Below are positions 10,818 through 20,495 of a DNA stretch of 64,000 nucleotides, one piece after another. A program made the translations under genes and the position numbers. Position 1 is the first letter of the stretch. Each line of letters starts with the position of its first letter. Source of the DNA: Obrimoposthia wandeli (lineage: Eukaryota). The stretch spans positions 1-64,000 of the forward strand of contig CDROCS010002637.1 of assembly GCA_977020255.1 (NCBI GenBank). Direction: 5' to 3'. Under the pieces are notes generated by a model. It worked only from the letters and a program-made list of their open reading frames with translations, had not been told where the DNA came from and did no database searches.

Positions 10818-11606
10818 GTGTCTAGTTTCGAGCAACGATTTGGTGGTGTGGCTAGAATTTATGGTGATCGGGATTTAGAGGTTTTTCGCCAGTGTCATGT
10901 GTGTATCGTCGGTATTGGAGGAGTTGGATCATGGGTGGCTGAAGCACTCGCTCGATCGGGAATCGGAGAGATAACCTTAATTGATCTCGATGATATTTGC
11001 GTCACCAATACCAATCGTCAAATACATGCATTAACGCAAACAATAGGGCAATCAAAGGTGTCAGTGATGGCACAACGTCTGAGGCAGATAAATCCAGATT
11101 GTCTGGTGCATGAAGAGCATGCGTTTGTCGATACTGAAAATGTATCAACACTGATAGACAGCCACTTAGACTACGTCGTTGATGCCATAGACGATGTTCC
11201 GGCCAAAGCGGCGCTGATAGCACGATGCAAACGTAGCAAGGTGTCGGTAGTTAGCGTAGGTGGGGCGGGTGGCCAGCTCGATCCGACATTTGTTGATGTT
11301 GCGGACTTGTCACGAACAAGGCACGACCCATTAGCGGCGAAAGTCAGGGCTTATTTAAGGCGCCATTATGGTTTTAGTAAGAGTGGTAGGCGCTTCGCTA
11401 TCGAATGTGTTTACTCAAGTGAGCAGTTAAAGTATCCCCAGCCAGATGGCAGTATCAGTGCCAATAAAATAGTCCCACTGGAGGGGAAGTTAGATTGCAG
11501 TAGTGGTTTTGGAGCGGCCTGTGTAGTTACTACCACTTTTGCCATGGTGGCGGCCTCTAGAGTGTTGATTAAAATACAGCAAAAAATTGCTGCTGGTACC
11601 ATGTGA
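10818..11606 (+). CDS. tcdA: tRNA threonylcarbamoyladenosine dehydratase TcdA (ORF track starts 10800)
   Basis: FEQRFGGVARIYG, GIGGVGSWVAEALARSGIG, DLDDICVTNTNRQIHAL, CVYSSEQLKYP, LDCSSGFGA. Confidence 0.93.
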   Translation: MSSFEQRFGGVARIYGDRDLEVFRQCHVCIVGIGGVGSWVAEALARSGIGEITLIDLDDICVTNTNRQIHALTQTIGQSKVSVMAQRLRQINPDCLVHEEHAFVDTENVSTLIDSHLDYVVDAIDDVPAKAALIARCKRSKVSVVSVGGAGGQLDPTFVDVADLSRTRHDPLAAKVRAYLRRHYGFSKSGRRFAIECVYSSEQLKYPQPDGSISANKIVPLEGKLDCSSGFGAACVVTTTFAMVAASRVLIKIQQKIAAGTM

Positions 11607-11616
11607 GAGAGTCCGA

Positions 11617-11907
11617 ATGAAGGTTTTAGGTACGTTTTATTGCGCTTACAGCGCATCTCAGCTCGCCCCTTTGATTTGCCCTGAGCTAGCAGAGGTCAAT
11701 GTGATCGAAGCTTTACATTGTAAACTGTTAGGAGACGCTATTCATTTAGAGCTTGAAGGGCAAGGTGATGTGTTGATTTTTGGTGAGTTCGATCTTCCCT
11801 TGCAAGCTTTAGAGGCATGGTTGACAGCGCTTGGTGAGTTGAAAATTAGTTGCTCTATTGATGTTCATGGTGACGCTGCGCGGTTAATACGTCGCCATGT
11901 ACAGTAG
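11617..11907 (+). CDS. Hypothetical protein (96 aa from ATG 11617)
   Basis: Open frame 10 nt after the tcdA stop on the same strand; no family recognised. Confidence 0.6.
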   Translation: MKVLGTFYCAYSASQLAPLICPELAEVNVIEALHCKLLGDAIHLELEGQGDVLIFGEFDLPLQALEAWLTALGELKISCSIDVHGDAARLIRRHVQ

Positions 11908-12022
11908 AATTACTGATAATCGGTTAGGTTTTGATCCTAAAGGGTTTGTCACTTACGTAATAAATGCTAGATTGGTATAAACAAGAATAAGTATTCACGG
12001 GTTTAATGGATTGGAGTTATTT

Positions 12023-12922
12023 ATGACGGATCAAGTATTACTCGATCGATTTGATTTTTTAGCAGCTAACGTTGAAGAAATTGTTCTCCTTTTAAATAGC
12101 CAGGGAGAAGTGCTGCGTGCCAGCGCAGGTGTTGAGGATTGGTTAAAAATAGATTGCATGGTTAGTTTGTCTTTCCCTCTGCTATTCTCTTCGCAGATGA
12201 TGACCCAGGTCAATGCGCAGATTGATTCTGCTATGCAAAGTGATGAAGCTGTTTTGGCTCAGTTTGCGATGAAAGAGCAAGAAGCCCCTGATTGGGTGGA
12301 GCTTGGCCTAAAAGAGCCGCATGTATGGCACACACGTTGTCAGCGTTGTGGTGACGATGAGCTGATTTATGTGATTGCAGATCGCAGTGAGGAAATTAAG
12401 TTAGAACGTAAAATACATAATCAAGCGCAGCGCGATCCTCTCACGGGAGCGTATAACAGACGAGCACTAATGACGGTCTTAAGTCAGTCTGTCGCTCAGG
12501 CTCAACGTTATGATTGGTTGTGTTCCTTTTTAATGGTGGACATCGATGGCTTTAATCGTTTGAACGATAGCTTAGGTTGGGATGCCGGGGATATGATTCT
12601 GCAGCACTTGGTCTCTAACTTACATAGCTTCAAGCGGACCGCTGATTTTCTTGCTCGATATGCCGATGATAAGTTTGTGATGTTTTTACCTGAAACGAAC
12701 ATTGAGCAATCGGGCCTCGCTGCTGAGCGAGTGCGTAAAATGGTTGAAGAATTAGAGATCCCGTTTCCTCAAGGGGATTTAAAGTTCACCGTTAGCATAG
12801 GGGCAGCGACATTACGTGGTGTTGAAGAAACACATGAGTCTATGCTGCGTCGTGCTGAAGAGAATCTCATGATCGCCAAAGAAAGCGGTCATAACCGGGT
12901 CGAGGTGGATGAGTTGGCATAG
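12023..12922 (+). CDS. PAS-like + degenerate GGDEF domain protein
   Basis: RDPLTGAYNRR, DIDGFNRLNDSLGWDAGD, TVSIGAA; signature is ADDKF instead of GGDEF; RxxD (RTAD) I-site present; GGAG RBS before ATG 12023. Confidence 0.85.
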   Translation: MTDQVLLDRFDFLAANVEEIVLLLNSQGEVLRASAGVEDWLKIDCMVSLSFPLLFSSQMMTQVNAQIDSAMQSDEAVLAQFAMKEQEAPDWVELGLKEPHVWHTRCQRCGDDELIYVIADRSEEIKLERKIHNQAQRDPLTGAYNRRALMTVLSQSVAQAQRYDWLCSFLMVDIDGFNRLNDSLGWDAGDMILQHLVSNLHSFKRTADFLARYADDKFVMFLPETNIEQSGLAAERVRKMVEELEIPFPQGDLKFTVSIGAATLRGVEETHESMLRRAEENLMIAKESGHNRVEVDELA

Positions 12923-12964
12923 CGTAATCTGATGCAAACCTAGCATTTACATCAGAGGATATCG

Positions 12965-14023
12965 TTATTTAAGGTGCTGAGTTAAGCAGAGAGTTAGTGC
13001 CTGCATTTGCTGCTCGGTACCTACACTAATACGTAAATATTGTGCGATTTTCGTATTAGTGAAATGTCGGACGAGAATGTTATTTTGACGTAAGTGAGTC
13101 ATTAACTCATTGGCGTCATGTAGCGGATGACGTACAAAAAGAAAATTAGTTTTAGATTCAAGTACCTCAAAGCCCAATGCTTGCAATGAAGCTTTACTAC
13201 TCTCTCTGGTTGCCATTACTTTTTCAACACAGTGTTTGAAATAACTATGGTCTTCAAAGGAGGCGATGGCGATTTTTTCGGCTAGAGTGTCTAATGAGTA
13301 TGGGTTGAAGCTATATTTGACCCGCTCTAAGCCTTCAATTAATTCAGTACTGCCGATGGCAAAGCCAATGCGGGCTCCTGCGAGAGAGCGAGATTTAGAC
13401 AGCGTTTGTATTACTAGGCAGTTTGGATAGCGTTGAGTTAATTGAATAGCTGATTCTCCACCAAAATCTACATACGCTTCATCGACAATCACCACCGATT
13501 CGGTGTTCCGTTTTAGTAACGTCTCTATCTCTGACAATGGTAATGCAAGCCCTGTGGGTGCATTGGGGTTGGCAAAAATGATGCCTCCATTTTTCTCGCT
13601 GTAATCTTCCAGTTTAAGAGACAAATCATCGCGCAGAGGAATTGGCTTAGCTGTTACTCCGTAGAGATTGGCATACACGGTATAGAAACCATAGCTAATA
13701 TCGGGCATTAACAGTGGGTGCTCTTGACGGAAGAATGCCATGAAAGCATGTGCAAGTACTTCATCCGATCCGTTACCTATGAATACATTACTAGTATCAA
13801 CATTGCAGTGGTCGGCGATGGCTTGGCTGAGCTGGCTGTTTTGCGGGTCGGGATAACGCTTTAGATCATCTACATTGAAGTTGCTGAGTAATGAGGCAAC
13901 ATGCGGTGATGGAGGGTATGGGTTTTCGTTAGTATTTAACTTAATTAGATTTTTTACTTTAGGCTGCTCGCCCGGGGTATAGGGCACTAAGCTCGCTAGT
14001 GCGCTGCTCCAATACTTACTCAT
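12965..14023 (-). CDS. hisC: Histidinol-phosphate aminotransferase
   Basis: LNTNENPYPPSP, GNGSDEVLA, NPNAPTG, VDEAYVDF, PLP-Lys motif TLSKSRSLAGARIG. Confidence 0.93.
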   Translation of the reverse strand: MSKYWSSALASLVPYTPGEQPKVKNLIKLNTNENPYPPSPHVASLLSNFNVDDLKRYPDPQNSQLSQAIADHCNVDTSNVFIGNGSDEVLAHAFMAFFRQEHPLLMPDISYGFYTVYANLYGVTAKPIPLRDDLSLKLEDYSEKNGGIIFANPNAPTGLALPLSEIETLLKRNTESVVIVDEAYVDFGGESAIQLTQRYPNCLVIQTLSKSRSLAGARIGFAIGSTELIEGLERVKYSFNPYSLDTLAEKIAIASFEDHSYFKHCVEKVMATRESSKASLQALGFEVLESKTNFLFVRHPLHDANELMTHLRQNNILVRHFTNTKIAQYLRISVGTEQQMQALTLCLTQHLK

Positions 14024-14136
14024 GTCTCTCCACTCTCCACATAAAATCGGCAATGATCATAGCAGTATTTTTCTGCGCTTAATAGCGGATCAGAAGTGCT
14101 TTATCGTGCTGTGGTGAATGGAGAAGCGCTCTACTA

Positions 14137-15222
14137 TTAGTAAAAGCGCCGTACCACCTTCATGAAAACTTCTACCCAGCGTTCGCTGAATTCAACGCCC
14201 GCTTTTTTGTTGATTTCCAGAAGGGCTCGCATGAGAGGGCGTTTGTGTAATGAAACACTAGTGTGGCCATGGGTAATTGCTTCGAAAGTGTGAACGATAG
14301 CGATGATTTTCGCGCCCGCACCGATATCACCTGCGGTTAAATTATTGGGGTAGCCACTACCGTCAATTAGTTCTTGATGTTGCATCAGCATGCTACCTGC
14401 TTGGTGAGAGTCATGAATTGAGCGCATCAGCTGTGATGATGTTTGTACGTGTTGGCGTACTAACGATTGTTGTCGCTGGTTTAGCTGGCTCTGTTGATTA
14501 AGCAGGGGGGAGGGTAGAAATGCCATTGCTATATCGTGACAAAATAGTGAAGAGGCTAAAGTATTGGCATTGATAGGGCTTCCAGCGGTGAGGTTCATCG
14601 ATAGTGCCAACTGGGCGACACGATCTGTCCGTCCCTGCCAATATCCAACACGGCTCTCACAAGTTTGTGCCATTTGATAGAGAAACGTCAAATCCTCGCT
14701 GGGTTCTGTCAATCTTTCTAGCCAGTGCTGCTGTGTTTGAACAGTGACAGTAGTGTCTGGATCAATCATTGCGATAATTTTAACTAGCTGTGGTGCAATC
14801 ATTTCAGGGGAAGCTGAAGTAAGTGCTTGCAGGCCTTTTTCCACATTGGCATAGAGTGTTTCGTTGTACTCTACCTGTTGTTGCTTGCGAAACTGTTCCA
14901 TAAAATCGCGTGCCTTATCCATCAAGATCAGGGTTAAATCGCCCGCTCTATCTGAAAAGGGAATGCTACCTTTACGTACAAGATCGAGTACGGTTTCTAG
15001 CTCTTGTAGAATGACAACCATAGGGACAAAGCCCAGTACACTGGTGTTGGCTTTTACAGTGTGAATGGTACGAAATAAATCGTTTAATAAGACGTTGTCG
15101 CTGGGAGAGTATTCGAGATTAACAATACTTGCTTCACAGATGCTGTACTGCTCTAAAAACTCATCATAGGCTTCTGAGAACAGCTCGTTATCAATCGGGT
15201 CATTTAGTAAGAAAATAGCCAA
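14137..15222 (-). CDS. Hpt domain + HD-GYP-like domain fusion protein
   Basis: N-terminal LFRTIHTVKANTSVLG (CheA-P1/Hpt-like His helix); C-terminal CHDIA, QHQELIDGSGYP, AKIIAIVHTFEAIT; AAGGA RBS before TTG. Confidence 0.8.
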   Translation of the reverse strand: MAIFLLNDPIDNELFSEAYDEFLEQYSICEASIVNLEYSPSDNVLLNDLFRTIHTVKANTSVLGFVPMVVILQELETVLDLVRKGSIPFSDRAGDLTLILMDKARDFMEQFRKQQQVEYNETLYANVEKGLQALTSASPEMIAPQLVKIIAMIDPDTTVTVQTQQHWLERLTEPSEDLTFLYQMAQTCESRVGYWQGRTDRVAQLALSMNLTAGSPINANTLASSLFCHDIAMAFLPSPLLNQQSQLNQRQQSLVRQHVQTSSQLMRSIHDSHQAGSMLMQHQELIDGSGYPNNLTAGDIGAGAKIIAIVHTFEAITHGHTSVSLHKRPLMRALLEINKKAGVEFSERWVEVFMKVVRRFY

Positions 15223-15549
15223 TGTTCAATCCTTTGCTAGCGATGAGAAGATGTTTTTAAACCACAGAATAGCTCTGTCAGATCATTATAGGCTAAGTCT
15301 ATAACATATACAGTGCTTTGTCTGAAGGGAAAAAGTACAAAAATACATTTTCTGCCCTGATATTGCTGTTAAAGGTGTAAGACATGCCGGAGTGGATTTA
15401 AAATTGAACTCAAATGAATGAATATATTGTTTTCAGGGGTGTTGGGGTAAATCAAATGATCGTTTAGCTTTGAAATGTAGGGTGCAGTGAGCGAGTTTGA
15501 ATTGAGCGAAAGCGCTTTAAGACTGAAGTCCTCAAAGCGCTGACAGCTA

Positions 15550-16257
15550 CTAGCTTTCTGACTTTATGTTGTTCTCTTGTTCGATCAAACAGAAAATACG
15601 GAATGCAAATATCATTAGCAGCACATTTAATAAGTCGAAAGCAATATTTAAAGGTAATTGAAAATAAAGGTTATCGCCAAAGATGCTTGTTATAAGCTGT
15701 GCAATTAACATTTCTGTAGCGAGCGAGCCAAGAAAAATAATGGCTAGGCCTTGAAGCAATGGCCATAGATAATCCTGAGTATTCTCCCAGCTAAGTTTAA
15801 GGCTGGAAATAGCTGAATGCTTAGCGGCTACACAGTAGTAGTCTGCGAGGGAGAGACGCACGGCAATATAAATACCAGGAATAATAAATGCCATAAATCC
15901 AGCAAAAATTGCCAAGCTACTGACAGTGAAAATTAAGAATAATTTGGGCCAATATTTAAAGCTCGCTGCAATTGCCTGGCTACTGTTAAGATTATTATCA
16001 GTGAGCGTTGACTGCATGAAGAGAATTGTGGCACCCCAGTATATCGGCATCAGTACTAAGTTGAATAGGCTGATACTCAATAAAGTATCAGTCAGTTTTC
16101 CGCTATTTTGTGCCTCATTAGAAAGATCTATTTGGGTAAATAATAGATTTAGCACGATAATAAAGGGGAGCTGGATAACGGCGATGGTGTAAAGGTTACG
16201 GCGAAAGAAAAACCAACTTTGTTTTAAATACGTTAACATCATAGTTTGTAAGATCAC
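15550..16257 (-). CDS. Membrane protein, YciC/UPF0259-like
   Basis: About six hydrophobic segments; SWFFFRRNL start and IIPGIYIAVRLSLADY..SLKLSWENT pattern. Confidence 0.65.
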   Translation of the reverse strand: MILQTMMLTYLKQSWFFFRRNLYTIAVIQLPFIIVLNLLFTQIDLSNEAQNSGKLTDTLLSISLFNLVLMPIYWGATILFMQSTLTDNNLNSSQAIAASFKYWPKLFLIFTVSSLAIFAGFMAFIIPGIYIAVRLSLADYYCVAAKHSAISSLKLSWENTQDYLWPLLQGLAIIFLGSLATEMLIAQLITSIFGDNLYFQLPLNIAFDLLNVLLMIFAFRIFCLIEQENNIKSES

Positions 16258-16877
16258 TGTGCGATTTTGAGTGATGAGCTGTTAAGCATACGCTCGACGG
16301 TATCGACAATCGTTTGGGTCTGATGGTCAATCTCAATATTGATAATATCTCCAGCTTTTACATGTGCAAAGCTAGTGACGCTGAGTGTTTCGGGAATTAA
16401 ATGAACACAAAAGCGATCATCTTCAATGCTTGCAATCGTTAAACTGCAACCGTTTAACGCGATAAAACCTTTGTCCATTACATATTTTCTTAATGATGGA
16501 GGACTGTTGAACCATACTTGGCAGTTGTTCTCACTGTGGATGACTTCGCTCACTTCAGCGGTGTTCATAATGTGTCCGGAGAGTAAGTGACCGCCAATTT
16601 CGTCATTAAAGCGTGCTGCACGTTCAAAATTAACGCTATCGCCGACACGCAGAGAGGTTAAATTGGTAACGATCAGTGTTTGCTGGATAACATCAAAGTA
16701 AACATCGTGTTGTGAGAAGGCGCTAATGGTTAAGCAAGTACCGGCAACTGCAATACTAGCGCCAATTTTAAAATCTTCGCTGCAGTCTTTTGGCAGGCGT
16801 AAACCTATACGTTTGAGCGAGTCGAGATGCTCAATACTGATAACCTCTGCCAAACCTTGCACAATACCTGTGAACAT
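16254..16877 (-). CDS. ribE: Riboflavin synthase (alpha subunit)
   Basis: MFTGIVQ N-terminus, GASIAVAGTCLT, VNFERAA..EIGGHLLSGHI, KGFIALNGCSLT. Confidence 0.95.
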   Translation of the reverse strand: MFTGIVQGLAEVISIEHLDSLKRIGLRLPKDCSEDFKIGASIAVAGTCLTISAFSQHDVYFDVIQQTLIVTNLTSLRVGDSVNFERAARFNDEIGGHLLSGHIMNTAEVSEVIHSENNCQVWFNSPPSLRKYVMDKGFIALNGCSLTIASIEDDRFCVHLIPETLSVTSFAHVKAGDIINIEIDHQTQTIVDTVERMLNSSSLKIAQ

Positions 16878-17190
16878 CAAAAATACCTTCTATAAAACTG
16901 GATAAGTGAGAACCATTTGATCGCCATTAGTTTCATTTGGCGCTAACTTCTTAGCGAAACTATTACCACGCGACTGCGCAAAGTATATTGCGTATTTGAT
17001 ACGCTGCGCGCCAGTCTCTATATAGTGCTTAAACAAAGTAAATTCAAGCTAGCGACAGTAATTGCTACTCTACCGTTGTGGATTTATCACTCTGGGAAGA
17101 ATAAAAACGATATAATACAGCAAATTGTTGCAATTAAACCCTTAGATTTATCATCTATTTTGATAAATTTTTACTAGACAGAAGTGGTTA

Positions 17191-18138
17191 ATGAATAGAG
17201 AAGATATTGACAATAAACTTACGCCACAGTTAACGCAGTGGATCGATGAACAGTTCACGATTGCGCTTGCAAGCGGTCCGTGTGAGGTACGCCGTTTATT
17301 TCATGGTCGCAGTGATGTTGTTCCAGGGTGTAAAGATGTTGTTGTCGACTGGTTGCCCCCGGTGGCTGTTATTCGTTTATATAGCGACATAGATGCATTG
17401 CTACAAGAGCAGCTAATTGCGTATATGGCACAAAAGGAAGAAGTGAATGGTGTCGTTTTACAGCACAGAGGGCGAGGTGTAAAAGCACAAAATCAAATTG
17501 TTTATGGCGAAGTAGCCCAACAATTGAAAGTGGAAGAGTCAGGACTAATCTATGAAGTTGCTCCACTAGATTTTCAAAACAGCGGTCTATTTCTCGATAT
17601 GCGAAATGGACGTAATTGGTTACGTAACAGGGCTTGTGGCGCCAATGTGCTGAATCTTTTTGCCTACACTTGCGGCTTTTCGGTAGCGGCAGTTGCAGGA
17701 GGAGCGCGGCATGTGGTCAATGTGGATATCAGTAAGCGAGCGTTGACAATGGGGCGGCGTAATCATCAGCTTAATGCTCATCCTAAAGAGGCGACTCAAT
17801 TTATGCCTTATGACATGCTCAAATCCTGGTCGCGTATTAGTAAGCCTGGGCCTTATGATATTGTCGTCATAGACCCTCCCAGCTTTCAGCCAGGCTCATT
17901 TGTGGCACAAAAGGATTACGTCAAAGTGCTGCGTCGTCTCGAGCAGCTTACTAACGCGAATGCGACTGTTATGGTGTGTCATAACGATCCTGCGCAAAGT
18001 AGTGAGTTTATCCGTGAATTAATGCAATCAGAGTGCTGCGGGTTTAGCTTCGTCGAACAATTGGCCGTCCCCGCTGACTTTCATGAAAAAGATGTGCAAA
18101 AGAGTCTAAAAGTAATGATTTACCAACGTGTTAGCTAA
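17191..18138 (+). CDS. Class I SAM-dependent methyltransferase, RlmI/RlmK-like
   Basis: GLFLDMRNGR, VLNLFAYTCGFSVAA, VVIDPPSF. Confidence 0.85.
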   Translation: MNREDIDNKLTPQLTQWIDEQFTIALASGPCEVRRLFHGRSDVVPGCKDVVVDWLPPVAVIRLYSDIDALLQEQLIAYMAQKEEVNGVVLQHRGRGVKAQNQIVYGEVAQQLKVEESGLIYEVAPLDFQNSGLFLDMRNGRNWLRNRACGANVLNLFAYTCGFSVAAVAGGARHVVNVDISKRALTMGRRNHQLNAHPKEATQFMPYDMLKSWSRISKPGPYDIVVIDPPSFQPGSFVAQKDYVKVLRRLEQLTNANATVMVCHNDPAQSSEFIRELMQSECCGFSFVEQLAVPADFHEKDVQKSLKVMIYQRVS

Positions 18139-19472
18139 ACAGGCCAATGATCAATTTGCACAGTTAAGTACTCGCCCAATTGTGCTGTTGCAAGATGATA
18201 GTCTTGTGCTTCTGTGATCGCTGTCACCACCGCGACTGAACCAACCCCGCTCGCGGCCACTTGTTCAATATTACTCAATTTGATGCCGCCGATGGCTACC
18301 AGTGGAATATGTGCAGACAGTGTTCGACTCCAGCGATAGAGGTTGGCTAATCCTATTTCTATCGCTGGTTTTGTTTGCGTGGGAAAGACAGTGCCCATCG
18401 CAATATAGCTAGGTTTAACTGAGAGGGCTCGCAACCATTCAAATTCACTGTGAGTGCTTAAGCCTAGTCGTAGGCCCGCACTTTGGATGAGAGCAAGTTG
18501 GCTGTCGCTGATATCTTCTTGCCCTAAATGAACACCATATGCATGGTGTTTGATCGCCAGCTGCCAGTAATCGTTGATAAATAATCGAGCTTTGTGTTCT
18601 TTGCCAATAAGACATGCTTGCTCTACGAGTTTGTCTAAAGCTTCAGCGGTTTGATTCTTGACTCTTAATTGAATCGTTTTTATCCCTAGCTCCAGCAGCC
18701 TGGTCAACCATTCAATGCTGTCGACTACAGGATAGAGTCCTAAGGATAGGGTCTGTGTCACAGGAAAGGGCTTACTGTCATGGCGATAAATATCACTACG
18801 TAGCAGTGGGTATTCCTCTAAAGTACAAGGCCATTGTACGGTGTTTTTTTGTGTCATTGCGCAAGAGAGTACAACGCTGTCGCAAACCCTTTTGCCAATG
18901 CTGATAAAGGCACTGCAGTACTGAGCAAGTAAGGGTGTTTCTAATGGCTTTGCGGTAAAGGTGCGTTGGCTCCCCTGCGGTTGGCAAGTTAAGTCAATGA
19001 TGCTTTGGCCATCGTTACCCAGATAAATTAGCTGCAAACTGCTAGCATCATAGATCAGAATATTACTGGAACAATAATTTGAGTACGCTTCAATAAACTC
19101 ATCTAAGTTGCCTTGTATGCTGAGGTCGCATTGTGCCAGTGCACAAAATTGCCGCAGAGATAACAGGCACAGAGATTGTTGTTCAATAAGTGACCACAAT
19201 TGTGTTGGCGGTACGGCGTTTACGTTAAAGGCTTCCGCGAGTGCCAAGACTTTTGGTGATGCTAACTCAATACTCGCTACATTTGATAACTGATCTATGT
19301 TCTCTGTATTGCAAATATCAAACTGTATTGTTTGAAGCGCTGTGGGTGTAATAGTAAAATCACCAAAGGTATCATTGTTACTGGCGAGTAGTTGGGCCAA
19401 TATGCTGTTGGTATTTTGTGCAATCTTTGAATCATTAGAACGAATGCAAGTAAGCGAGTGGGGCGTTAGCAT
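18135..19472 (-). CDS. thiE: Thiamine-phosphate synthase with long N-terminal extension
   Basis: C-terminal LGLYPVVD, IQLRVK, INDYWQLA, GVHLGQED, GLSTH, VAIGGI; about 240 extra N-terminal residues. Confidence 0.9.
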   Translation of the reverse strand: MLTPHSLTCIRSNDSKIAQNTNSILAQLLASNNDTFGDFTITPTALQTIQFDICNTENIDQLSNVASIELASPKVLALAEAFNVNAVPPTQLWSLIEQQSLCLLSLRQFCALAQCDLSIQGNLDEFIEAYSNYCSSNILIYDASSLQLIYLGNDGQSIIDLTCQPQGSQRTFTAKPLETPLLAQYCSAFISIGKRVCDSVVLSCAMTQKNTVQWPCTLEEYPLLRSDIYRHDSKPFPVTQTLSLGLYPVVDSIEWLTRLLELGIKTIQLRVKNQTAEALDKLVEQACLIGKEHKARLFINDYWQLAIKHHAYGVHLGQEDISDSQLALIQSAGLRLGLSTHSEFEWLRALSVKPSYIAMGTVFPTQTKPAIEIGLANLYRWSRTLSAHIPLVAIGGIKLSNIEQVAASGVGSVAVVTAITEAQDYHLATAQLGEYLTVQIDHWPV

Positions 19473-19485
19473 TGTTAATCCTTAA

Positions 19486-20292
19486 TTACTGTTGGTGCCA
19501 AAATGGTTGGCCAAGAATCGGTGTGCTGGCGTTGGCGGTTTGTCGGCGCTGCATCAGACCTGCGTGGTAGGCGCTGCGACCGGCACGTATCGCCATAGAA
19601 AAGGCGTTAGCCATAGCAATAGGGTCGTCAGCTTTTGCTACTGCAGTGTTCAGTAGCACCGCATCAAAGCCCATTTCCATTGCCTGGGCCGCTTGTGAAG
19701 GTGCTCCGATACCGGCATCAATAATAAGGGGTAAGTCGGGCATTCTCTGCCGCAGGCTCTTAAGTTGGTACTGATTGAGCAAGCCTTGGCCTGTACCTAT
19801 GGGCGCACCCCAGGGCATTAATGCTTGGCAGCCTGCATCGCGTAATCGCTGACACAGTACTAAATCGTCTGTGCAGTAGGGGAGCACTTTAAAGCCGCGT
19901 TTGATTAACTCTGTCGCGGCAATGAGAAGTTCGAACGGGTCGGGTTGTAGATTGTAGTCATCGCCAATTACTTCAAGTTTTATCCAGCTAGTATCGAATA
20001 GTTCACGTGACATTTCCGCCGTGTTAATCGCTTCTTTTGCCGACTTGCAGCCAGCGGTATTGGGCAATAGGCGACAACCGGTGTCTTTAATTAGTTGCCA
20101 GAAAGTGTCACCGCTATTCTGCTCTGGGTTTTGGCGGCGCAAGCTTAAGGTAATAAACTGTGATCCAGAAGCTTTGATTGAGTCACACATTTCTTGGGGC
20201 GAGCGATAAAGTGCTGTGCCAAGCAAAAAGCGGCTTTGAAACTGCTCATCGTATAAGGTTAGTGCATCATCTTTAGTTGATAGTGGGAGCAT
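19486..20292 (-). CDS. thiG: Thiazole synthase
   Basis: [44 protein letters not shown]. Confidence 0.96.
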   Translation of the reverse strand: MLPLSTKDDALTLYDEQFQSRFLLGTALYRSPQEMCDSIKASGSQFITLSLRRQNPEQNSGDTFWQLIKDTGCRLLPNTAGCKSAKEAINTAEMSRELFDTSWIKLEVIGDDYNLQPDPFELLIAATELIKRGFKVLPYCTDDLVLCQRLRDAGCQALMPWGAPIGTGQGLLNQYQLKSLRQRMPDLPLIIDAGIGAPSQAAQAMEMGFDAVLLNTAVAKADDPIAMANAFSMAIRAGRSAYHAGLMQRRQTANASTPILGQPFWHQQ

Positions 20293-20495
20293 TATCCACC
20301 TCCTATAGGTTTAACAATATCGACAGTATCATTCGCATTTAATTGAGTAGACGAATAATTCGCCTTGGGTATGAATTCGCCGTTCAATGCGATAGCAATG
20401 CTCTGGTTTTCGAATCCACTTAATACAATGATCTCACTGAGGTTTGCCTGTTCTGGGATGTCTAATGTCGCATTATTGACACTAATCATTGGCAT
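20292..20495 (-). CDS. thiS: Sulfur carrier protein ThiS
   Basis: 67 aa, [13 protein letters not shown]-terminal GG; stop overlaps the thiG start (TAATG). Confidence 0.92.
   Translation of the reverse strand: MPMISVNNATLDIPEQANLSEIIVLSGFENQSIAIALNGEFIPKANYSSTQLNANDTVDIVKPIGGG

Noticed and set aside
16880-17190. FMN riboswitch upstream of riboflavin synthase
   Set aside because: No RFN consensus (AGGGCGGGGTGAAATTCCCCACCGGCGG-like) on either strand.
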